A DNA stretch of 26,793 nt from a virus, in the IMG/VR virus record IMGVR_UViG_3300045988_077293; one strand, 5' to 3'. A program made the translations under genes and the position numbers. The notes below the pieces were generated by a model, which saw only the letters and a list, made by a program, of their open reading frames with translations, was not told where the DNA came from and did no database searches. Positions 1 to 6,103 of the stretch are shown here, piece by piece; position 1 is the first letter of the stretch, and the number at the start of each line of letters is the position of its first letter.

Positions 1-55
1 TACTTGACCGTGGCACTATCGTAGATGTTCTCGACCGTGGCATTGCCGTAGATGT
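1..55. repeat. Terminal direct overlap: bases 1-55 are identical to 26739-26793 (circular or circularly assembled molecule, unique length 26738 bp)
   Basis: Direct string comparison of the two window ends. The overlap lies inside the 30-nt tandem repeat array, so register and copy number are not guaranteed. Confidence 0.9.
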
Positions 56-437
56 TCTCGACCGTTGCATTGCCGCAGATATCAACGTTCTTACAATCCT
101 TTATGAAAATATTTTCTCCATGCGATATTTTCAGGTCATTCTGTCCGATAAAAATGTGTGTGTTTGCCCACTCCTTAACGGTGTTTCTCATTCTCTCGGC
201 GCAGTCTTTTTCGTCAAACCATTCAGGCGTTATGTCTTGGTCAACTTCAAGTTTCCAACCGTCGATATCAGAAAAAATATCTCCATTTTCAGGCACAAGC
301 TCCGCCCTGACAAACACCTTCGACGCATTTATATAATCGTCCGTTATTCCGAGTTCTTCAAGCATTTTTGAATGACTGTCGTAGTCCGGCATAAAAATTC
401 TGTCTTTCAAGATTATTGCAGATTTGAGTTTACACAT
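1..437 (-). CDS. Decapeptide-repeat protein, 5' part (N-terminal ~120-aa domain plus first repeats). The gene runs off the left edge and continues in frame at 26793..26174.
   Basis: ATG at 437-435 is preceded by AGGAGGAAAGAAT. My translation is MCKLKSAIILKDRIFMPDYDSHSKMLEELGITDDYINASKVFVRAELVPENGDIFSDIDGWKLEVDQDITPEWFDEKDCAERMRNTVKEWANTHIFIGQNDLKISHGENIFIKDCKNVDICGNATVENIYGNATVENIYDSATVK. There is no stop before base 1. The frame is continuous with ORF 26174-26506 through the 55-bp overlap (joined 1002 nt, 333 aa). It is absent from the ORF track because it has no in-window stop. Confidence 0.8.
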   Translation of the reverse strand, partial: MCKLKSAIILKDRIFMPDYDSHSKMLEELGITDDYINASKVFVRAELVPENGDIFSDIDGWKLEVDQDITPEWFDEKDCAERMRNTVKEWANTHIFIGQNDLKISHGENIFIKDCKNVDICGNATVENIYGNATVENIYDSATVK

Positions 438-486
438 ATTCTTTCCTCCTTCTGCGGGGTTTTGCCGCCCCGCTCGGCTTGATAAT

Positions 487-873
487 TTAGAAACTATAAT
501 CGTAATACTCAACTCTTGAGCCGAAACTCAATTTAACATCCCAATCGTCATATTTTCCGTTTCCTGTATACACGCTCTTGTCTTTGCGCGTTCTCTTAAA
601 TGTATATACCTTTCCTTTCGGGTCTCTTTCAAATTCGTAGTCTTGACAATCACTCATTCCGTTATTGTCTGTCCTTGTCGCCTTGTCTTTCTGCACTTTG
701 ATATAACTTCCATTGTCGGCAATTTCAATAATCGTGCAAGCGTGGCGGTCAGAATAAAATCGCATTGTTGCGCCGTCCCCGACTTTTACTTCAATTGTTT
801 CGTACACAGGTTTGAAGTGCGCTCCACAAGTTCTGCTTTCTGCTGATTCTCTTGTAATCTTTATGCTGTTCAT
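487..873 (-). CDS. Hypothetical protein (128 aa)
   Basis: ORF 487-930 trimmed to the ATG at 873-871 (MNSIKITRE...), which has an AAAGGAGAAAG SD. The promoter at 921-949 sits inside the longer ORF version. No recognisable domain. Confidence 0.6.
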   Translation of the reverse strand: MNSIKITRESAESRTCGAHFKPVYETIEVKVGDGATMRFYSDRHACTIIEIADNGSYIKVQKDKATRTDNNGMSDCQDYEFERDPKGKVYTFKRTRKDKSVYTGNGKYDDWDVKLSFGSRVEYYDYSF

Positions 874-920
874 TTTTCTTTCTCCTTTGTTCGGGACTCT
901 CTGTTCCCTTTTGTGATTAT

Positions 921-949
921 ATTCTATCACATTGTGACAAGTTTGTCAA
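921..949 (-). promoter_or_regulatory. Sigma-A type promoter P1 (TTGACA-17 nt-TAGAAT with TGTGA extended -10)
   Basis: The minus strand reads TTGACAAACTTGTCACAATGTGATAGAAT. The -35 is at 949-944 and the -10 at 926-921. An A/T-rich tract AAATTTTCAAAAACCC lies upstream. Confidence 0.75.
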
Positions 950-969
950 GGGGTTTTTGAAAATTTATT

Positions 970-1161
970 TTATTTTTTTACCGAAATGCGCAAATCCCGC
1001 CGAGCAAGGAGTTTCCCGAACTTGCCTTTTGCAAATTCTGCAAGGGCATATTCTTTTGCTTGTTTCGCGCTGTGAGTCTCCACAACGCCCGTATAGAGCT
1101 TTTTATTCGGAGACAATATAGCATTAGCCCGCGTGCTGATTGTGATGTTATACGTCCGCAT
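970..1161 (-). CDS. Hypothetical protein (63 aa)
   Basis: ORF in the gene train. Its start overlaps the upstream stop by 14 nt. No recognisable domain. Confidence 0.5.
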   Translation of the reverse strand: MRTYNITISTRANAILSPNKKLYTGVVETHSAKQAKEYALAEFAKGKFGKLLARRDLRISVKK

Positions 1162-1471
1162 TTTCTTTCCTTTCTGCGATTGTGCTAAGAGCTTTGTCTA
1201 TAATGTGACAAAAATCGTCTGAATTAACTTCTTTTGAATAATCCTTTTCACAAAAATAATGCGGTGTTCTTTTTTTGGTCTCGCCGTTTATTACGAAAAT
1301 AACGTCGCAATGACTGCATTTGCCACACCTTTTAATCGGCGCAACATCTTCGGCGGGAAGCATATCAAGCCAATATGCCACCCGTTCAAATGTTTCTGCA
1401 GCGCTTGTCATAGACGTGCTCCCGTGTTGTATAAGATGTTTTAGTTTTTCTGCGTCAATGTATTTTTTCAT
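1148..1471 (-). CDS. Zn-ribbon hypothetical protein (107 aa)
   Basis: AAGGAG SD and an ATGA overlap with the upstream gene. CGKCSHC plus distal Cys residues. The N-terminal KYIDAEKLK motif is shared with the 25894-26145 product. Confidence 0.6.
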   Translation of the reverse strand: MKKYIDAEKLKHLIQHGSTSMTSAAETFERVAYWLDMLPAEDVAPIKRCGKCSHCDVIFVINGETKKRTPHYFCEKDYSKEVNSDDFCHIIDKALSTIAERKENADV

Positions 1472-2226
1472 ATCTGACTCCTTGATTTGTCGACCGCCGC
1501 ATTGAAAAAGTCGTCAAGGTCGAAGCTGTGTTCTGTTTCCGCCGTTTTCGGTTTTCCAAAATCATTCCGCTCCCAAGACCGGACAGCCGCTTTCCAATCT
1601 TTCATCGGATTTTTGCCAACTTTCCAACCGTTAGCCGTGTAATAATCGATAAACCGTTCAGCGTCCACGTTGTTCTTTCGTTCTTTGCAATAAGCTTTAA
1701 CTTCTTCGAGCGAGGGCGCGCTGAACCGCTTCGGCGGTTTCTTATCTTTATCTATATCTATATCTATTTCTTTTTCTATTTCTATATCTATATCTGGTGG
1801 AATTTTTTCCTCCCTTGCTCCGCCCTCTATTAAATTTACGTTTCTGCGGGCAATTTGCTGTTGTTTTTTGAACGCGCCTTTGCTTTGGCTTCCAATCATA
1901 TTTTCGACCTGAGTCAAATATAATTCGCCATTTTCCAACCGTTCCACAAGCCCGATTTGAATTAACAAATTCATCGCAACTATTACGGTGTCTGGCGAAG
2001 TCTTTGTCAATTCTCCGAGTTTCACATGGTCATAAGGCAGAAGCATATTCCCCACACGGCGAATTAACACTCCGTTGGTGCGTAAACTCTTAACGCATAG
2101 TTTTAGATAAAATAAGCTGTATTCTTTCCCGTTCGGTTGTTCTTCAAGCCAGTCTATCGCGTCCTCGTCGAAGAAGTCTTCTCGGAGTTGTAACCAATAG
2201 AATTTTGTTGCGTCATACTTTGCCAT
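1468..2226 (-). CDS. Phage replisome organizer (Phage_rep_org_N-type N-terminus, DnaD-like C-terminal region)
   Basis: N-terminus FYWLQLREDFFDEDAIDWLEEQPNGKEYSLFYLKLCVKSLRTNGVL fits the replisome-organizer N-terminal pattern. The C-terminus is ERFIDYYTANGWKVGKNPMKDWKAAVRSWE. An acidic DIDIEIEKEIDIDID linker separates them. Confidence 0.8.
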   Translation of the reverse strand: MAKYDATKFYWLQLREDFFDEDAIDWLEEQPNGKEYSLFYLKLCVKSLRTNGVLIRRVGNMLLPYDHVKLGELTKTSPDTVIVAMNLLIQIGLVERLENGELYLTQVENMIGSQSKGAFKKQQQIARRNVNLIEGGAREEKIPPDIDIEIEKEIDIDIDKDKKPPKRFSAPSLEEVKAYCKERKNNVDAERFIDYYTANGWKVGKNPMKDWKAAVRSWERNDFGKPKTAETEHSFDLDDFFNAAVDKSRSQI

Positions 2227-2674
2227 TTTTTGTTCTCCTTATATAGCTTATTATTTTGGGATATTCATCAGACGGAATATAACTTCCTCCCGTGTAAATA
2301 TCTCTTTCGGCAATTATTCCGAGTTCACGCAATATTTTTTTCAATTTCGGAATTGTAAAATTTGAAATTCCCGTTGCTTTTCTTATGCAATTTCTAACTT
2401 TCAACAAACTCCATTGCGTGAAATAATTTCTTTGTTTATTATAATCGGGCGTATATTTTTTGATGAAGCCGTCTTCAACGGCGTCAACGTCGGTTTCTTC
2501 ACAATAAATTATTTTTATTTCGTCAAAGTCTTTGTCTTTGTGTGAAAACGGTCTTGCAATCCCATTTTTTGTTTGTCCGACGTAAACAACCTCTCCGCCT
2601 TTTAACAAGAAATAAACAAAGCAATTTTGATATTTAGGAACGGTTATTGCATTTTTGTCATCATTGAATTTCAC
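2213..2674 (-). CDS. GIY-YIG/T5orf172-like domain protein (153 aa), function uncertain
   Basis: GTG start with an AAAGGAG SD 7 nt upstream. CFVYFLLKGGEVVYVGQTKNGIARPFSH...FDEIKIIYCEE resembles a GIY-YIG-type core. The C-terminal half looks HTH-like. Confidence 0.5.
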   Translation of the reverse strand: MKFNDDKNAITVPKYQNCFVYFLLKGGEVVYVGQTKNGIARPFSHKDKDFDEIKIIYCEETDVDAVEDGFIKKYTPDYNKQRNYFTQWSLLKVRNCIRKATGISNFTIPKLKKILRELGIIAERDIYTGGSYIPSDEYPKIISYIRRTKNGKV

Positions 2675-2690
2675 TTCGTGCTCCTTTTAA

Positions 2691-2739
2691 TTAAAAAACC
2701 GCCTCGTTTATCGGGGTCGCAGTCCGATAAACGAAACGG
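2691..2739 (-). terminator. Intrinsic-terminator-like hairpin plus U-tract inside the 5' leader of gene 2213-2674
   Basis: The minus strand reads CCGTTTCGTTTATCGG-ACTGCGACC-CCGATAAACGAGGCGG followed by TTTTTT. It lies downstream of promoter P7 and upstream of the SD. Confidence 0.6.
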
Positions 2740-2803
2740 TTAAGGTTGTCTCGTATATTACAAGTCATTTCGCGCCTGCGACACACGAAACAACCTTTTC
2801 TTT

Positions 2804-2832
2804 ATTGTATCACAAATAAAGCCTTTTGTCAA
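2804..2832 (-). promoter_or_regulatory. Sigma-A type promoter P7 (TTGACA-17 nt-TACAAT, TGTGA extended -10)
   Basis: The minus strand reads TTGACAAAAGGCTTTATTTGTGATACAAT and starts 11 nt after the ssb stop codon. Confidence 0.65.
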
Positions 2833-2842
2833 TAGTTTGCGG

Positions 2843-3253
2843 TTAAAAAGGCAAATCTTCGTCGTCGGGAATTTCTGTAAACTGTTCGGGCGGGGTATTG
2901 TAAGCTTCCGCTCCGCTTGTTCCCACGTTTTCCTTTTTGTCAATAAATCCAGCTTCTTCCGCCACAACTTCTGTTGCATATCGCTTTTGACCGTCTTTTT
3001 CATAGCTTCTGACTTGCAGAGAACCGACAATAGATATCCCGCTTCCCTTGCGGAAGTATTTTGCGATAAATTCCGCAGTAGTTCTCCAAGCAACTATATT
3101 GATGAAGTCCGTCTCTCGGCTGCCGTCTGCTCCCGAATATTTGCGTGACACGCCGATTGAAAAGGAAACGACCGACGTTCCACTCGGTGTTTGTTTAAGC
3201 TCAGGGTCCTTTGTAAGATTGCCTATAAGTATCACTTTATTAAGACTTGCCAT
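2843..3253 (-). CDS. ssb: Single-stranded DNA-binding protein
   Basis: MASLNKVILIGNLTKDPELKQTPSG...NIVAWR OB-fold signature and the acidic C-terminal tail DDEDLPF. Confidence 0.95.
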   Translation of the reverse strand: MASLNKVILIGNLTKDPELKQTPSGTSVVSFSIGVSRKYSGADGSRETDFINIVAWRTTAEFIAKYFRKGSGISIVGSLQVRSYEKDGQKRYATEVVAEEAGFIDKKENVGTSGAEAYNTPPEQFTEIPDDEDLPF

Positions 3254-3367
3254 TTGTTTTTCCCTCGTTTCTTATGTAGTTTCTCCCAAATCGGGAGACA
3301 AAATCTTGTTTGTTCCAATGGTAAAATGCCATTGCTTTCTTTTGAATATGTGCTTTTAATGCACGGT

Positions 3368-3988
3368 TTAACGCTTCGTGCTCTTTTCTATAAATTCGTT
3401 TATGGTCGTTATCGCCTGTTTAATGCGTTCTCCGTTTTCTTCGTACACATCATTTATATCTTCGCGGGCGGTTTTGTAAACCTCTTTCAGCGTTTTTCCC
3501 TTGTGTTTGCCAACAAGCACGACTGTTTGAAGTGCCATTGCATTATCCATTTCCGCACCCTTTTTCGCCTTTTCAGCCGCTCTTTCGTCTTCCGGCAAGT
3601 CTTCGCCCGCATAAATATAAAGTCCCAAACCGTGACGAGCAACCGCCTTTGTAAGGCTTCGCTGAATGGATTTATTAACATCAAACGACGTAATCTCTTC
3701 GAGCGGGATTGAATTGTTCCGATAATCCATAATCGGGAGATACTCGATATGTTCAAGCTTCATTTCGCCGTCAACCACCGTTACCCCCGTTTTAACGTAC
3801 CCTGTTTTGCCGTCCGTAAAATAGTTGAGTCCCCGCACGTCCTCATAAATTGTGTAGTATGAGAGCGGATATCTCTTTTTTAATTCCTGCCAAGCCCACG
3901 CCCAGGAAAGGTAAGAAAGCTTGTTTTTTTGTTCGATGTGTTCGCTGACGTTGACGTTGTTCAACTCATTAAAATAATTCTTTTCCAT
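3368..3988 (-). CDS. Single-strand annealing protein, Sak3-like (DUF1071, Rad52-like superfamily)
   Basis: KLSYLSWAWAWQELKKRYP ... LPIMDYRNNSI ... FDVNKSIQRSLTKAVARHGLGLYIYAGEDLPE matches my memory of the lactococcal phage p2 Sak3/DUF1071 pattern. The gene is adjacent to ssb. Confidence 0.75.
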   Translation of the reverse strand: MEKNYFNELNNVNVSEHIEQKNKLSYLSWAWAWQELKKRYPLSYYTIYEDVRGLNYFTDGKTGYVKTGVTVVDGEMKLEHIEYLPIMDYRNNSIPLEEITSFDVNKSIQRSLTKAVARHGLGLYIYAGEDLPEDERAAEKAKKGAEMDNAMALQTVVLVGKHKGKTLKEVYKTAREDINDVYEENGERIKQAITTINEFIEKSTKR

Positions 3989-3991
3989 TTT

Positions 3992-4318
3992 TTATTCCTC
4001 CCCAAAAACGACATCTTCGCAAATATATGAGCCGTCATAAATTTCATTAAGTGCGCGTATTTGCTCAGGCGTGAAATTTTCTTTTATCAGCGTTTCAAAC
4101 GCTTCTTTGAGTTCTGCGTCTTCTTGTGTATAGTCTTTATACACGAAATCCTCGCATCCGCACTCGGGGCATCTTTCCCAATGGTCAACGCCTCCAATTC
4201 CCGCGAAGCCGTCCCAATACGTCTCAAAGCCTGAATCCGCTTGTTCTTCGGTGTATTCGCACCCGCATTTTTTACATACCCGCAAATCATAGTTGCGGTC
4301 TTTGCTCGTGAATTTCAT
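3992..4318 (-). CDS. Zn-ribbon hypothetical protein (108 aa)
   Basis: CKKCGC ... CPECGC pairs and a GGGGAGG SD. Confidence 0.6.
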   Translation of the reverse strand: MKFTSKDRNYDLRVCKKCGCEYTEEQADSGFETYWDGFAGIGGVDHWERCPECGCEDFVYKDYTQEDAELKEAFETLIKENFTPEQIRALNEIYDGSYICEDVVFGEE

Positions 4319-4405
4319 CTGTAAATATCCTCCCCGTAATATTCGATATCTTCCGTAATCTCGCGAAGCATTGCGCGAACGCGGAACGGAAATGTTATTG
4401 CGTCT

Positions 4406-4603
4406 TTAATTTTCCTGATAAGTTTTTTCAGCATTGTAATCCTCCATAAACTTGCGGAGCCTTTCCTCCGTGCTTTTGAATACACGCTTGCCCTTTTCGA
4501 ATTTTACTATCGTTGCGGGAGCTACACCCGCTTTGTGCCAAACTGTCCGAACCGTGATTTTATTCAACGCCCGGAAACAAATAAATTCTTCACGAAATGT
4601 CAT
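4406..4603 (-). CDS. Small helix-turn-helix DNA-binding protein (65 aa)
   Basis: ITVRTVWHKAGVAPATIVKFEKGK resembles an XRE/Cro-type HTH. It is the first sizeable gene after promoter P2. Confidence 0.6.
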   Translation of the reverse strand: MTFREEFICFRALNKITVRTVWHKAGVAPATIVKFEKGKRVFKSTEERLRKFMEDYNAEKTYQEN

Positions 4604-4615
4604 TTTCTCACCCCC

Positions 4616-4732
4616 TTACACTTTATTAAATATTGCCGTTTCAAATGCAGACTTGAAAATTATTGCGGCTTTTTTGTCTGCGGCGTAAATCTGCGTGCGC
4701 CGCTTCTTAAATAATCGTGCTAACCATTTCAT
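4616..4732 (-). CDS. Possible small ORF (38 aa, basic)
   Basis: AGGAGGAAAAT precedes the ATG at 4732-4730. My translation is MKWLARLFKKRRTQIYAADKKAAIIFKSAFETAIFNKV, with a TAA stop at 4618-4616. It is below the ORF-track size cut-off. Confidence 0.35.
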   Translation of the reverse strand: MKWLARLFKKRRTQIYAADKKAAIIFKSAFETAIFNKV

Positions 4733-4773
4733 ATTTTCCTCCTGTTGCGGGTCCTTGCCCGTTCTGTGCCTTC

Positions 4774-4802
4774 ATTTTATCACATTGTAACAAGTTTGTC
4801 AA
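4774..4802 (-). promoter_or_regulatory. Sigma-A type promoter P2 (TTGACA-17 nt-TAAAAT, TGTGA extended -10)
   Basis: The minus strand reads TTGACAAACTTGTTACAATGTGATAAAAT, nearly identical to P1 including the upstream TTTTTCAAAAACC tract. It lies immediately downstream of terminator 4843-4870. Confidence 0.75.
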
Positions 4803-4842
4803 TAGGTTTTTGAAAAAAATTTTAGAAAATCGAAAAAATTGC

Positions 4843-4870
4843 AAAAAAAAAAGGCGGTCAAACCGCCTTT
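4843..4870 (-). terminator. Rho-independent terminator ending the late/lysis transcription unit
   Basis: The minus strand reads AAGGCGGT-TTG-ACCGCCTT followed by a run of 10 T. It starts at the stop codon of gene 4869-5192. Confidence 0.85.
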
Positions 4871-5192
4871 ATCTTTTCAATTGTCGCTTCATACAGATTT
4901 TTGTTGAGTGAGGATTCTGATTCTGACTTTCTGTGCCATAGGAAACGTTACCTCTACTTACTATATTTATTCCATCGCTGTCCTGTTGACATTCGATTTT
5001 GACATTTTTTTCTATTACGTCAAATTGTTTTTCGTATATTACCCAAGCAAGATTTGATGCAATAAGAGCGAATATCAAAATCAAAATAACTACCCACAGC
5101 CGCGTGTTTATTCTTTCGAGTCTTGTTACTGTCGCTTCGTGTACGACATAGGGAATTGACGTTTTCTCGTTGCAACCGTCGCAAGATTTCAT
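4869..5192 (-). CDS. Single-pass membrane protein of the lysis cassette (N-terminal CxxC, central TM)
   Basis: CDGC, then IPYVVHEATVTRLERINTRLWVVILILIFALIASNLAWVIY. This motif recurs in Firmicutes phage lysis regions in my memory. I do not assert a family name. Confidence 0.5.
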   Translation of the reverse strand: MKSCDGCNEKTSIPYVVHEATVTRLERINTRLWVVILILIFALIASNLAWVIYEKQFDVIEKNVKIECQQDSDGINIVSRGNVSYGTESQNQNPHSTKICMKRQLKR

Positions 5193-5193
5193 A

Positions 5194-5406
5194 TTAACCT
5201 CCTATAAGAAGCTTTAACACCGCACCTAAAACGGCGGTTGCTGTAATGCTTAAAATGGCAAGCAAAAATGACATTTTAGCGTTTATTGCAGATAAAAGCA
5301 CGTCCTGTTGCCTATTCGCTTCTTCAATTGCGGCACGGTATTCGTCGCAGTTCGTCTGTTTTACATATCTTTCATCGAGCTGTTCGATTTCTTCTTTCGT
5401 GAGCAT
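5194..5406 (-). CDS. XhlA-like membrane protein (N-terminal coiled coil, C-terminal TM)
   Basis: 70 aa with a C-terminal FLLAILSITATAVLGAVLKLLIGG. The architecture resembles B. subtilis XhlA. Confidence 0.5.
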   Translation of the reverse strand: MLTKEEIEQLDERYVKQTNCDEYRAAIEEANRQQDVLLSAINAKMSFLLAILSITATAVLGAVLKLLIGG

Positions 5407-5699
5407 TACTTATCCTTTCCGAGCTGCTTCGGTATCTGATTGATACCTACTGCGGAAAGTCCGCTTGCAAGCCCTGTTATGATTGCTCCGTACCAAGTAG
5501 GAGACGGGAGAACATCGGGGCGCACAAAGTAAGTTGCAATCCCCAGCACGCCGCCAATCGCCGCCGCAATTATGGGAATATACTTCTTCAAATATTCTCT
5601 GTCGTTGAGCCACAAGAGCTTAAGACACTCTATAATAGCATATACAGCGGCAGAAATTATTCCAATTGTGATAATAGAATAGCCGTAAATTTCAACCAT
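5406..5699 (-). CDS. Putative holin, three TM segments (Hol118/phiLC3-like architecture)
   Basis: Three TM segments: YSIITIGIISAAVYAIIECL, YIPIIAAAIGGVLGIATYFV and WYGAIITGLASGLSAVGI. The C-terminus is charged (KQLGKDK). Confidence 0.6.
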   Translation of the reverse strand: MVEIYGYSIITIGIISAAVYAIIECLKLLWLNDREYLKKYIPIIAAAIGGVLGIATYFVRPDVLPSPTWYGAIITGLASGLSAVGINQIPKQLGKDK

Positions 5700-5729
5700 A
5701 AAAAAACCGCCTTTCTTTATTCTGTCTCA

Positions 5730-5759
5730 ATTATACCATATTTTGTGTGATTTCGTCAA
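5730..5759 (-). promoter_or_regulatory. Sigma-A type promoter P3 (TTGACG-18 nt-TATAAT with TGG extended -10)
   Basis: The minus strand reads TTGACGAAATCACACAAAATATGGTATAAT, upstream of the holin gene. Confidence 0.6.
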
Positions 5760-5761
5760 GA

Positions 5762-6046
5762 TTATTTGTATATTAAGTAAATAATAAATTGCGTTATTGT
5801 CCAAACCGTCAATATTGCGTACAGTCCGAAAACTGCCCACCCCGCAATTCGCGTGAATTTTACATCCCTGTACCAATATAAGACAAAAAATGCCATTCCC
5901 GCGACAACGACTTTAACGAACCAATCGCAATTGTGGTCTATTGCCCACTTCATCAAAGGGTTTAATTCCACAAATCCCTTGCTGATGAAAAAACGTGTAA
6001 GCAATAAATCAATAATGTTTAGTAAATAAGCAATTAAAATGTGCAT
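5762..6046 (-). CDS. DUF5658-like multi-pass membrane protein
   Basis: LLNIIDLLLTRFFISKGFVELNPLMKW fits the N..D...T....G..E.NP signature. Three to four TM segments. Confidence 0.5.
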   Translation of the reverse strand: MHILIAYLLNIIDLLLTRFFISKGFVELNPLMKWAIDHNCDWFVKVVVAGMAFFVLYWYRDVKFTRIAGWAVFGLYAILTVWTITQFIIYLIYK

Positions 6047-6103
6047 ATATACTCCTCATTCGACGATGTAGTATTTTACGTCTTCATAGTCAAAGAATTT
6101 CCA

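Noticed and set aside
1-55. Terminal repeat as an attachment site or a biological direct terminal repeat
   Set aside because: There is no integrase or flanking host sequence. The repeat lies inside a coding tandem array, and its exact 55-bp length is more consistent with assembly closure.
454-473. GC-rich hairpin GCGGGG-N8-CCCCGC just upstream of the repeat-protein SD, considered as a terminator
   Set aside because: No U-tract follows it on the minus strand, so it is not a canonical intrinsic terminator. It may affect RNA stability or translation, but I have no support for a specific role.
2758-3093. 111-aa minus-strand ORF overlapping ssb in another frame, and similar nested minus ORFs (3487-3756, 4087-4290, 5410-5613, 7504-7818, 8634-8879, 9366-9623, 12678-12902, 14419-14691, 14827-15060, 17321-17515, 18678-18863, 19458-19968, 24945-25133)
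   Set aside because: Each is fully embedded in a longer ORF that has clear family motifs. They have no SD and an Arg-rich shadow-frame composition.
6047-6103. Possible promoter TTGACT-17 nt-TACATC between the fibre gene and the DUF5658-like gene
   Set aside because: The -10 is poor and there is no TG extension, unlike the seven clear promoters. I did not call it.
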